A stretch of 61,143 nt of DNA, filler included, from Sphacelaria rigidula (taxonomy: Eukaryota): assembly GCA_964200075.2 (NCBI GenBank). It is 9 parts of 9 records of this genome, joined end to end, with 100 filler letters (N's around TTAATTAATTAA, not from the genome) between each part and the next. Parts side by side here need not be neighbours in the genome. Positions count along the whole stretch, not along the records: positions 34,026 to 40,730 come from CAXNAA020018503.1; positions 40,831 to 47,535 come from CAXNAA020018504.1; positions 47,636 to 54,339 come from CAXNAA020018505.1; 6 more parts are not named here. One strand, 5' to 3'. The notes beneath the pieces were generated by a model. The model saw only the letters and a program-made list of their open reading frames with translations, was not told the DNA's origin and made no database searches. A program made the position numbers and the translations under genes. Below are positions 35,700 to 48,570 of the stretch, in pieces. Position 1 is the stretch's first letter, and every line of letters starts with the position of its first letter.

Positions 35700-38588
35700 G
35701 TGGTGTCGTGGTAGCGCTCGGTTCTCACACTATTGTTTCCGCGGGGTCCGATGCTGGTGCTGTGACAGCGCCCCGTGCCGTAGCGAAATCGCCCCTTGCG
35801 GCTCCGATATTCATGATCTCCATACCGGCGCCATGCTCGGAGTAGTGCATGGCGACAATTTTACCCCACGTTGCTCCGAAGAACACGCTGATGGTATGCT
35901 GTGTCACCCGATAGTTTCTCGCCTCCGATGCTTTTGATCCGTCCAAGCAGAGTGTCTGCGATGTACTCTATCCTCGTCCCCCAGTACAGTGTCATTATTT
36001 GCGTAGCTATGTTGTAGAGAAGGTGCCAGTCCCCACGTATTTTATGAGCCAGTGGCAGTGGTCGGGGTTACTCCGCATGAGTTGATACATGAAGCAAAAT
36101 GTCTCCTCATCGCCGGCAACCATACATGCCGCCGCGGCACCCCTCTCATCCACGCGGCGTATTTGCGCAAGTCGAATAGATAGCGGCTTTCGAGTCGGAT
36201 TGACCTTTTGTCGTGCCCAGTTGCATGAAAAAGTACCTGAACTCCTGTGGCTGCCTCTGCATCACAGATGATGCCTACTGAGGTAATTTGACCCGGAGAC
36301 CAAACGAGAGTGGATGATGTGGGAGGTACACACCGTAAGATATTTACTTACCCTCACACTGCAATGCCCAACCTTTTACATGGTGGGCACATGCTTTCGT
36401 GGCACCACCCCACCTCTCGCACTGCGCACGACTTCAAATCTCGATTCTCAAGTGAGAGAAGCACTTCTGCATCCTGTGGAAAGTTCTCAAAGGCTCTAAT
36501 ATTGTGTTCGTGTTTTCCACAACGGAGATCAAGCATCGGACAGACAAGACACGAACGGCCAAATCAGGCATATCGAAAATACGGCTTTCCCAACTACTTC
36601 ATATGAGTATATCAAATCGGATCACCGGGGCGCCACGACTCTAGGAATATACATCATCATCGTGCAACTGATGTACCGATATATAAACGAGGCTAGGTTA
36701 ATGTGAACACATCGCCAATACAGAATAAATAATCGCATGCGAGACTCTGTGGCGCGCCAAACGCACATAGGCGCCATGAAAAAGCTGGACCAACAGTTGA
36801 AGGGGGGGCTTCAAAACGTGCTCGTACGCATGAAGACGAAGAGTCTACAAAAATTGACAACTGTGTCACCTGTCTTAGTTCGACCTCCAAGCACGTGCCG
36901 AATCTCGCCACCTTTGCCTACGATCCTTGGCACCGCGCATCGGAAGGTGACATTGTCGGAGGCTGAGAGGTATCGATCCCATTGCACCAGATCCATGTGC
37001 CAGGTGGGTTCCGTCGTGATATCCACAGCCACGAGGTCTCCTTGCCGGCGGTTCGCCCGCATGCGCGACTTATACCCCCCCTGTTCATTCGTGGTGCCCA
37101 CCAACCCCGCGCCGAAAACATGGCAACATCATCGGCCGCGGCAGTGTTAGGCACCTTCAAATGGCACAGACTGCTCAACAATGCCAACAGTGCCGGCGGC
37201 GTATCATGGGTAAAATAACCATCCATGCGTCGAATATTTCTTGAGACGTCAGCTGCGTATGCCTGGTCCCTATCCCCCGATGCTTTCCGCAGCTCTTGCG
37301 CACGCTCGATGTCCATTCCGACGAAAGACCCGACTGCTATGACGACGGCCCGTTTCTCCTCCGCCCAACCGGCAGCCGTCATCCGCTTGAGCGCGGATTC
37401 AAGCGACGGACCAGTCTCGGGCTGGTGTTGAGACGGGAGACCAAACGCTCCAGTCTTTGTACTCTGGCACGCATGTTTCGGAGTACAACGTCGGTCGCCA
37501 CAGCAACCTCGGGCCCCCGCACGGAAGGGACAGGGTAATGAACTTCCGCCGTCCATCGTCCGTCCCCTTAACCCCGCTTATCTTCTCAACCTTGGCGTGG
37601 ACTCTGCGATCTACTTCCACCGTACCGAAAATTCCCACCGCTTGCTCCCTGGTGCGCTTGTCGAGAATAGCCCGGGCATTTTCTGTGGTTCTGACTTCTG
37701 TCAGCCACGACTGAACATCCTCCAGTCTCACGACGCGCCCACCTCAAGGTCCGCAACTACTGTACGGCGTGCTTCTGCAATGAAGTCCGGCTCGGCAGGG
37801 GTAAGAGAGGGGTTAAACCAACAGTCTTAGGTGTGGAACAAGACGGACAAACGGACTTTGCCTTTCGTCTATCACTCCTAACCCTGTGTCCTTCATGGGA
37901 GCGCAGCAAACAATCAGGCCGACTACATGAGCAATCTGGACCCGGCTAAAATAGCCGGGCGCACATCTTCACCATCCGCACATGAACCCAGAAATAGCTG
38001 AGCCTCTGGTAATCGTGCCGCGCGTGAATGGCGCCAGATGTTGCCTTCGCCGGGACCTAGTCGATGGCACGCGAAGCACAGCCGCGATACTGGATTGTGT
38101 ATCCGACCGCAAGGAGAACCATCCTTGCATACGCCGTCGACGAGGGGGACCTGCATGCCACACACATCGCGACCGCATCCCCGCTTAGGTCTTCCCCGCC
38201 CCCTTTTACAAACAACCGGGTAAGATCCAGCCGGCGCGGAAATAGCCCTCCTACAGCCATCAGGATTCCCGCGGGAACCTTGACAGCTACGGCGACGCGT
38301 TGGCATCCTCCCTCTTACACCGCGCGCGTGATGTCCACCACTATTAGCATCGGATTGTGGTGACCAGCGCTCGGGATTTCCTCTCACCTCGGTGACAACC
38401 CCGTTCATTGGTGCCGGCGCTACTTCCTCTTGTCCCGAACCCGCTGCAGATGAGGTGTTGACACCGTCAATCATCCCTCGGTTGATCCCTGGGGTGGCAG
38501 CAACGGTACAGTAGTCACCGTCAGAAGTATGCAGAATTCGTAATTTCTTAGTTTCCCATAGATTTTCCACATTTGTTTCGCTTGCCAC
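35700..38588 (-). pseudogene. Decayed Academ-like (DUF6589-type) DNA transposase
   Basis: Frameshifted pieces in order: AT-hook KRGRGRPKR with a Cys-rich region (about 38200-38060), PPALLALLSSLC, LSASDNVTF (about 36945-36968), SDSKAA, MVAGDEETF...WLIKYxGDWHLLYNIATQIMTLYWG.RIEYIA (about 36125-35955), NYRVTQHTISVF. The spacing fits the DN / GD / GDWH pattern of Academ-type transposases, judged from memory of the family rather than a search. Confidence 0.65.
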
Positions 38589-39389
38589 CGCTCTTCACAG
38601 TGACTGTTGGATGCCAAAAAATCGGCATCTGAAAATATTTTGATCCTCTTGACAAATATTGAAAGAAAACATATCTGCGATCAATATTGATTGACTTACG
38701 GGCTTGACCGATCTTCGGGGGTCCTGCAAAAGTGCCACCCCAGGTTCTAGCTTTTCGGCATTCGGTGGACCGACTCGATCCCGATCATATAAGTGAGAAC
38801 TCAAAACTGTTTTTTTTTTTCAAATTCCACCTACTCACTGCGCTAACGCCGGAAAACCATGTTCCTTGAACCACTCACGGTCAATAACACCCTCCTGATA
38901 AACGGAGTCTTTACTCCGTATCGCATTGTGATTTGAGCACGGTCTGCCTACTTTGACAAACTATCGACGTCAGCACTTTCGAGTGCTTATGGAAATGTTT
39001 TGCGAAAACAAAACGAAAAGAGGCCATCCGTAGAAAATGCTAGACTGAGGTCTATGCAGTATAGGAGGGAAACACGATCTCGATCCTTATCGTGAAGAGT
39101 TGTATACGCATTCATTTATCTGAATATTTACCGTATTGTTACAGAAGAGCCGGAAAACTGTTTTATTGAACCGAAAACGGTCAATAACACCCTCCTGATA
39201 AACGGGGTATCTGGTCCGTATCGCCCGAAAAACACCAACTTGGGCGGTGCAGTTTGAGCACGGCCTACGCTTTCCCCCTGAATCTACCAGCGCTAGTACT
39301 TTCAAGTAGTAATGAAGGATAGTACTCAAGAAAAACTCAAATACTACAACAACTACAATTTCTGAGAACTTTTGATGCTGATTACTATG

Positions 39390-39461
39390 GACTTCTTGTT
39401 CTTCTTCTTGTTCTTGTTCTTCTTCTTGTTCTTGTTCTTGTTCTTGTTCTTGTTCTTCTTC
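39390..39461. repeat. (TTC)/(TTCTTG)n microsatellite
   Basis: Directly visible. Confidence 0.9.
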
Positions 39462-40292
39462 GTCCACTTCGATTTTGACGTCGATGCGTCCGAAGGCGTT
39501 GGTGTCGACGAGCGCGGTGAGCCTGGTCGCTTGTTACTTTGTCCCGGTGGAGCGGAATACCTCCCCGGTGACGCTGGGACCGGACCTCGTTGTGCGTTGT
39601 CGAGGGATGCGGATGTCGCCGTTTCCCCCAGAGAGTGTTGTACCGCCAGTTGAACTTATTTCACCCCATTTCTGTGCTGCAATGTAGCCTTCTGTTGTTC
39701 ATCCCATGCTCCCCATGCGGTATCAATCTCCGGGAGATTTGTCGCCGTCGTATTTCGTCTCGACGTACGTTCGGGAGCATGCGGGGGTGTGCCTCTGCCG
39801 AACTTGGGAAGGGTACGTCTTTCTTTGCCTTGGAAGACGGAATAAAATTCTGCACCTCGAGGAGCCTACCGCCGGCAGCTGTCCCAGTTTTGAGGGGAAT
39901 GTCACCCATTTCCTTGAGAGGTACTGCCGGCGGATCCCACGATGCCCCCCGCGTGTTGCTTTCGGACCTCGAAGCAATCGAGATTTTACAAGTCTCCTTC
40001 CCCGCCCGATTGACATTCGAGATTGTTACGCTCTGCACGCCGACGGTTGTTGCACCCCTCCGCCAATCCCTGGTTTTCTACAAATGTGCCATCAGCAGAC
40101 GCTATTGACGTCTTCGAGGCAGAAAACAGTACAGTCACCGTCTCTTCTCCGTATGATGGGGGGCTCAGCCACTCTCGCACTGCGCCCACTTCGCCGGCAT
40201 AACCCCCAGCGATCTCCCTCAGACCGGCGCTGTGCGTTCGGAATGTGTCCGTCGAGATCATCTGCTGTCAACCGCAGATGTGGCATGCGCCG

Positions 40293-40509
40293 TGTAATGC
40301 GTGAGAGGACCGCGTGCTTAGAGGACCGCGCCGTGGTTCAAAGCACCTCAGCATCGACGTTTTTCGAAACCAATCGGGTCAGTCCCTGCAGGTACCACGC
40401 CCCTGACCCTAACCCCAACACTAACCCCAACCCTAATCCTAACCCTGACCCTAGGGGTGTTCAAATTCCGATGCGGTCCTCTAAGCACGCGGTCCTCTCA
40501 CGCATTACA
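40293..40509. mobile_element. 217-bp MITE with TGT...ACA ends, perfect ~38-bp TIRs, 5-bp TSD CGCCG and an internal (CCCTAA)-like tract
   Basis: TGTAATGCGTGAGAGGACCGCGTGCTTAGAGGACCGC is mirrored by GCGGTCCTCTAAGCACGCGGTCCTCTCACGCATTACA. CGCCG at 40288-40292 and 40510-40514. Confidence 0.85.
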
Positions 40510-40904
40510 CGCCGGACGGGATGGCGCTGGGAACAGTGCAGGCACTTCACAACCTGTCCGGAGGATACGGAATATCGATAGATGGGCACAACGTGTTAGC
40601 CATGCGGTATTTTTTAGGGTCTTACTATTTCCGTCAACGTGGACGTAATCTGTTACATCCGTCAACGTTGACGTACTCTGTAACATCTGTCTCTCCGCAT
40701 ATGTTACACGCCAACCGGCACATATTATACNNNNNNNNNNNNNNNNNNNNNNNNNNNNNNNNNNNNNNNNNNNNTTAATTAATTAANNNNNNNNNNNNNN
40801 NNNNNNNNNNNNNNNNNNNNNNNNNNNNNNTAATCCGCCGGGTTCTCATCCTCAATCAAAAGCACCATCCTCAACATAGATGATTGGCTGTTTGTGGCCT
40901 CGCA

Positions 40905-41260
40905 CCGAAATCTATTGCGGCCGACCGAATGCATCGATCGATAGCTTTACAAATCTACTGATGACGGCAATGACTATCGATAGACTGCGTGCCAAATCTA
41001 TTGATGACGACGATGGCTATTGACAGATTGTGTACCGAATTTATTGATTACGGTACAACCTATTGATAGATTGCGTATACATCTATGCGCGGCGGCAATA
41101 GATATAGAAATGCCATAGGCTATCGATCGGCTATTGCAACATCTATTGTCCCTTGCAATACATATCAATATATGTGTTTCACCATCTATCGTGTCCGATA
41201 ATATATGTCGATAGATTTTTCTCCGTGTCTATTGCTGAAGCAATTGACTATTATTGTCTC
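40905..41260. repeat. Degenerate ~42-bp array rich in CTATTG/CAATAG
   Basis: AAATCTATTGATGACG..CTATTGATAGATTG units at about 40950, 40993 and 41036. Confidence 0.65.
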
Positions 41261-44200
41261 CATTGTCCAGAGTGTGATAATCTTCGATCGCGTGTCGGAC
41301 GAGTGCAGTGGGAAATGGTCTAAGCTTGCACGAGTTTTGGTATCTGTCTGAGCTGCTCTGGGAGGGGTATCCATCGCTGGTTTGTGCGCTGTACTGGGTG
41401 AAATTGAGCCAAACTCCGGTGAGGATATCGTTTTATATACGCACTATAGCTGTGTATCGCCACTACTGCCATAATATTTTGCTCTGTCCATATCCTTGAT
41501 TTTTCGTCGCATTTCTTTTTCTTGGGGTGGTGGTGAAAAACGTGACACTAAATCAGGCGCAACGTAGACTTGTCTTCAGGATGGTCGAACAATATTCAAG
41601 TAATTGACCAACCACAAATATTCCAAGCAACCGTCACCCCCATACTTGACCGATTTGATTGATTGATTATCCCACACCGCGCCCCGTACCTTCGCCAGCG
41701 GCATCTGTTCCAGAAGTTCACCACCGTTACCTGTTGACGCATCATTCAGCAAACCAAGTGTAGGACAACCAAGTCTGAGACCATGACTGGGTCCGCCGCG
41801 AACCGCTGTACGATTACGTCGACCAAGGCTGAGACGAAGATGTTGACGATAGCGGGGACGAAACGCAACCTTGTCGGGTGCCTTGCAGACGTGAAACCAC
41901 GCTGATCGTTCGCTACCGTCCACATGTACCCGAGCTCGTACGCCGTCGTGAAACTAACGGATGATCGTGATAATTGGCGGCGGGACTCCGAACCGGACAA
42001 GTACTTGCCAGAGGAGCGTGTGCTTTACGGAGTCGCAGGCTTTCTGCAATCGATTGAACACATTCTGATGATCAACCAATCGAATTATTCTACCGTCAAG
42101 TGATCATGAGGAGCTCGCGCTATCCAAACAAGGTGGCCCAAACTCAGGCCAAGTTTGGCTGCTGGTATCCTGGTTCCGGGGGTAGCATGGCAATGTTCCT
42201 AGGCGCATCAAGAGTGCTTTGCTCCTGCATGCGGCTGTTTAAATCGGGATTCTACAGCATACTACCAGTACGCAGTATCGCTAACAGTGTAGTCTAGAAT
42301 GCACCAAGTCGTGTGTTTGTGCAACGCTGTGTATCTTGGTTGCTTCGTAACTACCGTAGTGCAGTGGGACCTACCACTACTACTACTGTAGCATATACAT
42401 CTATTTATCAGAGGAAGCAGAGGACACACCGTTTTCTAAATGTACACAACGAACGCGGGAGAAGCACATCAGATACCAAAGTACTCTGCTTTTGGATAAC
42501 TTGTTGTGCCCCACAGTTGAAATTTTCTCTACCGAAGGGGGGAAAGGGGGGGTGGGGGTGGTATCTGAGATTCCACTGTCTACGGGCGCTCTCGGGAACG
42601 CTGTCTGTACTTGAAGGATTCGAGAGAGGGTGCATTGTCGGCAGAGCGGCTGGCTCTCCATTGACAATGCAACACCACAGTATATATTCCTATTAATATC
42701 ACACGAATGTCTGTTGTCGTGCACTCCATCGTAACCTCCTGACTTTAGTGAATACTACTGTAGTGCAGAGTATCTTTCTGTGTAGGGTTCAGTGCTCGTA
42801 AGGTGAACTGGATACAGTCGCACAAAAGAAATGCGGGGTAATTTCCCATTTAAATTCCTTGCACTCTCCATTGTTTGAGGTCTGGAGCACACCTGTCCAC
42901 CCGAATGAAGTTTCCCAAAAGCTACCGTGCCAGTCCATAACCATCATACCAAGATCCTTATGTGTGTCATACGTTGGAGATTTTCCCGTCTCTCGTGTCT
43001 CCTGGCGTTGAGATATTTCTCAGGGAGTCCAGAGGAGACTGACCGGTCGTTAGGACAACGGTCGTATGACATCACAAAGTACGTGGTAAAGTCGAAGATT
43101 TTTAGAGTTGACCATCACGATTGTTCATAAACCTCAAGCAATAGGCAAGCAATCTGAGTGAGACCCCAGACATTACATACGAAGGGGGGTATTATTGCCG
43201 TTTTTGTCACAACCCGCCCACAGCTGTATTCAGAGAGAGATCAGCTCGACCTTATTCCAGCAGCGCGCGTGCATGTGCTCCGTGGTGATCTAAAGGTAGA
43301 CATGCCGGTCGGCAGTACGACAGTACTACTCCGTATATGCTGAACGCTCTACCGTTGGGTGTACTGCTGTGCTGTTGTACTGTAGTCTATGGTTTTCTTC
43401 GCACTCACGACTTGGTCCTGTACTTGGTTGGGCTGTTCGAGCCGTCGAATATCCATCCATGCGCCTGCCGTTTAGAATCCATCAGCGCCTTCACCCGTTT
43501 GGCCTGCCTGCCTGATCCCGTCGAAATACTCTCAGCCTCGTTTTGGAGAGGTCAGCCTTCAGTGATACCATTAAATCCGCCAGGATCGACCGTCCTTTCA
43601 TCGCCAGCCCCGAACACGGGCGGTGCTGGTGGGTATTGAACTATATACAGTACGAGTGTACGAGTATAAGAATAATGACCTCTCGAAAAGACCAAACAAG
43701 ACAGTGGGAGGCGTGGTCAATGGGGTGGCGTATTTATCGCTACGCAGGTGCACATAATCTCCCATCAGTAATCGGAAACGGCACCGTACGCCCGATGTCG
43801 CGGACAACACCGCAGACGATCAAGTTTGCTGTCGCATGTCGTGTATTTTGCACCATTCGCACAGTACGCTGGACGCAGAAAAAGATGAGATAGCTTTTCT
43901 TCACACCGTACATGTATCATGACGAGGGGCTCGTCTATGCCGTGCATATATGCTGCTGCCTCGGGCCGAATCCCATGAGAATGAACGGAACTGCTGCTTG
44001 ACGTCACACATTGCAGCAGACGACGAGGTTACTTTCAGGATCCTCTACGGCGGCGACGCGCGACAAGAACTGAACATACTACCATGAGAAAACGTTACCG
44101 GTATGTATCACCGAGGGTTGTATTCTTCCGAGCCTACGACTTTGAGTGGGCTTATACTGCGATACATATCGTCGCAACATGGAAGGTGGCTGTCATCATT

Positions 44201-47200
44201 GAGTTGTGAATTCTGTGCCGGCAAGCGATGATGGCGGGCCGACCAGTGCCAGAGGAAGGCAGGTCGCTGGAGGACTGGCACGTTCGCAGAGCGAGGCCTC
44301 GAGCGGGACGACGACAAGCTAACGGAAGGAGGAAGGAAATGCGGAAGCCACAATGGCCAAGGGTAGCTTGGACAAAGCACGACGCGGTGGGTATGTGCCT
44401 GCTTTCTTGTTCGTCGACAAAGAACTGCGTGTGGAATGCTTGGTGCTGTATAGCTGTGTAAGGGCAGTATTTGGATGTGCGATCGAACCGTACAAATGTC
44501 AAATGTATCAGGTACTGGCGTGAGATATGATGTGTCTGATAATAAGGCCGGGAGTGCCATACGAGATAGTTCTGGTGAGTCTTGTTTTCGACGGTACTAC
44601 CTCATGCTCTGGCGTACATACTCGTATCCATTTTCTGGTCACAACTTTCAAAATGACATTCGATAGCAAGAGCGGCTGAAGAGGAAAGGGTGATCGACAG
44701 ATCGGGTGTACCCGAACATTTTCAGCCGTCGTACGACAGTATCCTGCCCGAAATTAGAGCGTTGCCCTCGCCGCCGCGCAATGTGTCAACTTGACCACAC
44801 GAGATATTTGCTGACAGCCGTAGGTCAGGTTTTGTGTCAACGCAGATGATCTCGATGTGTGCTCCGCCGTCGAACGAGGGGGTGCTGAGTTGACTAGGAT
44901 CGGAAACAGGCTTGTTGTCGGCTTCGGATGGGCTTCTCTGGCTTGTGAGCCGCGTTCGACACAATAACGAGGATGGTAGAATCTTGAGCTCGTGAAAAGC
45001 GCTAGGGTCAGATACACTTCCTACCGAAAGTAGTAACTATTAACTGTATTCCACCCGAAACAGTCATGGGTCGATACTCTGTTCCAAGTTTCGGGGAATA
45101 TATGTCTGATTGATCCTAGGTATGCACACGTCAGGTGTCGGCACGAATGTTCTATGGTGGGTTCTGGACTAGATGAGGTACACCCGTGGGTATTTTACCC
45201 ATCATAGGTACTGCGTCATGTGTGACCCAGCAAGCGTAATTAGTAGATCCCGCCACACAAGGAGAGATATCCACGTGGTGCACCGGGTGAGTATGTTTTT
45301 CGTATCGTACCCGTTGTGGAAAGTCTTGGGCGTCATCAAGGCCTGGACTACCCTTCCGACTTTCGCAGTCATAGCACACGGCCAGGAAACGCGCAACGAA
45401 CGCAAATTGCGCCCGCAGAATCGATTATTTGAGTGCTTAGTTGCCGTTCACGAAAGCAACGACCAAATCCCCGCAGCTTCTTCCGCAAAAATAGTTATCG
45501 TTCTCTCGGGAGAAGAGTCCCCTGCCGATCTCGCGCCCAGACCCTTTCCACACCTCGCCCATCAACCCGGCCCTACAGCTTGTTGGTGTCTCTTGCGTCT
45601 GTGGTTGTCGGGGCAAAGCAGGCCCCTGCCACCCATGGCCTGCCCCGGAATGGAGAATAGTTGGTTCTGTCCGTCATCCACTGGATATTCGCCCTTGATT
45701 CATTGTCGCGCATCAACTGATCCGCTACGGGTCCAGCCGCGATGGTCCGTCCCATGATTGACGCAGCCAAGGTACATGAGCGGATCAACACTCGTGAAGG
45801 GAACTGGAGGAAGGGGCAAGATAGAACAGAGCAAGCCGGAAAGAAGGGAGATATCTAGCGAGGAAAAGAAGAGATAGAGAAGAAAGTTTCCAGGCTAAGC
45901 TCTAGTATCGGTGCCGAGAAAAAAAACCCGCAGCCCCCTACTTCATGGCTTCGACTGAGGAGACCGTACAGAAAATACACGACAACGAACATGGGAAGGA
46001 AAAGGTCACGAAAAATGATGAGACAAAAAAGGAGGGGAGGAAAAGGGCGAGAGAGGGAACAAAAATAAGCGGGAAAAACATATGGAAGAAAAGTGACCCC
46101 AAAACAAATCAAAACTGAAGAGGAGAGATAGCGAGGGGAAATCGCTAAAGTTGGAAACCAAGGAAAGAACAACATCCGATAGGAAAAGGCGGAAGTATCA
46201 GCTTCCGCGCTGCCCCTCCCTGTTCCCTTTCCTAGGCTCGGGCAAAATGAGCCTCTCTCTCGATCATTCCTATCTTGGATTCCTGGTGGGCTATTGCTGC
46301 GGTTGTTGTGCCAGCGGTGTGCATATGCAACTCTCGATAGAGGGGGTATTCCGCCATCAAATTCGTCACAGCACGGAACGAGAATGAGTCCATCATGCGT
46401 CGCTGACGAGAAATCCGTGGACGTGGGGTACCGGGATGCACCGGACCCGTCCCGTCTGCACGAGAAGTACTACTCGGATCCCGCGAAGCCCCCCGTGCCA
46501 CCTGCGCAGCTTCGTATCTCATCCTTCCCTTGGAGACTGATCTTGTGTATATCGTATTATAGTTCGAACCCCCCGTCTTCCTCGGGGCGAGTAGGTGGTG
46601 TCAAGGGGCCAACCCAGGCCATATTTCTGTCGGGACCTGGTCTGCACTGTGTTGCTGAGCACTGAATCAGCACTCCGGCAGCACGTCGATTGCCATCGAT
46701 TATTTTGCCAGACCTCGTTCTCACCTCTTCGGAGAACGGAAGGCAGAACAACAAACTGCTGGGGGGATTGAAGCAAGGCGCGGCGTCTGGGATGTTTGCG
46801 CCCTAATGAGCGGAATGTGAACAGAAAATATACTGTGTGTTGTTGGATTTTTGGCGTCATGACCATGAAAAGATGAAACACTACACAGATACATGCCGGA
46901 ACACTCAATGCGCACGAGATATGGTTGCTGTTTGCAGCAGAATGCGTCTGTGCCGTCATGCTTTTCGAATTTCCGTGAAATATACGAGTAGAAAGAAGGA
47001 TGTGTACCCTTCTTTGCTAGTAATAGTGGCAGCTGCTAGTTTGGTTTCGGGAGAGTCCGGAGGAAACGGGAACGGGAAACGTGGCGGAATCGGCTCAGTT
47101 GGAAAAGGCTAAGCTCGGCTCAGCTCGGCGCTAGCGCTACCGCAGCTAAGGGTTAATTTCTGGGTCACCCCTGGGGAGTACGTAATGCCTGGAAACTCGA

Positions 47201-47396
47201 GCAAAGCTACACACAAGGGAACCGAGATGGATAGAACTTGATTACCTGTACTTAACCTCGGAAACTTTCATCACTCCGAATGGATAGAATAACTCGTCTT
47301 GTGTTGGTTTACGATGACAACTAGCCGCCATATCCTCCCGGATTTTGCAAACGTGGATCAAGGAGGGATAGAAGGGGGATGGGGAAGAAAACCCCC

Positions 47397-47535
47397 GGGG
47401 TGGGTGGGGGGGGGTGTACTCATGATCATGCATGCCTTAGTCGTCAGACCATTGACCTCGCATTCCTACAAAGCTGGGACGGAGCGCGCCGGGTTTTCGC
47501 CGGACCCGGCTCGCACTCAATCACCAAGCGCGAAG
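47397..47535 (-). mobile_element. Family B non-LTR 3'-end fragment
   Basis: G-tract plus GTACTCATGATCATGCATGCCTTAGTCGTCAGACCATTGACCTCGCA, running into the scaffold end. Confidence 0.7.
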
Positions 47536-47635
47536 NNNNNNNNNNNNNNNNNNNNNNNNNNNNNNNNNNNNNNNNNNNNTTAATTAATTAANNNNNNNNN
47601 NNNNNNNNNNNNNNNNNNNNNNNNNNNNNNNNNNN

Positions 47636-47699
47636 ACACAATCCCGGGGAGCGGTGGATTCTCATTTCAAAATACCTTCTCATTTTTCTGGCAACCCTG
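47636..47699 (-). mobile_element. Terminus of the CAGGGTTGCCAG DNA transposon family
   Basis: Exact reverse complement of 6645-6705. Confidence 0.7.
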
Positions 47700-47739
47700 T
47701 TAGGTGCTGTCGTGGGCTGTAATGTGTGTTCAAACGCTT

Positions 47740-48030
47740 TTTCGATAACATTTTTTGATGGCACGACGTTATCGGAAACTCGTGATTTTCTGAGAACTTT
47801 GGGCTATCGGAAAATGTTATCAGAAACATTTCCATCAGAAAACGTGTTTTCTGATCACATAATGAGTGGCTTTTTGGTTATTTATCAGAAAATGCGTTTT
47901 CTGATAGAGGTTTTTTAATACATAAGAAGTAGCCTAAGAAGGGCTACTTTGAAAAATAATGTGGAAAATCGCGGTGTTGAAAAACGGCTTTTCTGACAAC
48001 GCGTTTTCTCATGGATAAAAAGTAGCCTTG
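47740..48030. repeat. Short-motif array (ATCAGAAA/TTTCTGAT)
   Basis: The motif recurs in both orientations. Confidence 0.55.
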
Positions 48031-48224
48031 AATGTGGTCGAGATGATCATGATGTTATGATGCAGTGCTGCAACGATAACTTGGAATGTGAGGTATGGTG
48101 TGGAGAGCGCGAAATTGCTGCAATAGTACCATACCTATACCATGGTCATTCAGACTCACCCGTGTTTATTGAAGCACAATCTTCTAGGATTTTGGAATTC
48201 ATCGCAAACTCGAAGTTTCACCAC

Positions 48225-48570
48225 TTCATGTGACGTGTTCATGACGTCTCATGGAACGTGTAACGGAATATGTAACCTCACGTGTCGCGTGTAACGCAAT
48301 ATGCACGAGTAACGTGTAATATGATCTACACGTTACTCGAAATGTTTCATATTACGTGATTTGAACGCATGGGCAATTTAATGTTCACGTTCCGTTACGC
48401 ATGTCATGTTGAAGACAAATGACGTTACGTTAACGTTTTATGAAAATTCAACGTTACGTTCACGTTACGTTTATCACGTGTAAAAAAATTACGTTCACAT
48501 TACGTTCCGGCCTAAATGTAACGTGAACGTCACGTGTAACGCTATGGCACGTGTAACGTGTAGACCCCTG
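48225..48570. repeat. Short-motif array (ACGT/GTAAC/GTTAC) ending in ...GACCCCTG
   Basis: Dense ACGTGTAACG/CGTTACGT motifs in both orientations. Confidence 0.65.

Noticed and set aside
40401..40454. True telomere
   Set aside because: The tract is short, degenerate and enclosed within MITE TIRs.
45202..45405. Polinton or viral DNA polymerase exonuclease motif (FHNGYD)
   Set aside because: It is a single short resemblance with no other polB motifs nearby.
46560..46620. tRNA gene (GGTTCGAA B-box on the - strand)
   Set aside because: No cloverleaf could be folded. The sequence belongs to dispersed repeat family D.
6645..47699. One 41-kb transposon bounded by CAGGGTTGCCAG inverted repeats
   Set aside because: The two ends are on different concatenated scaffolds and their flanks share no TSD.
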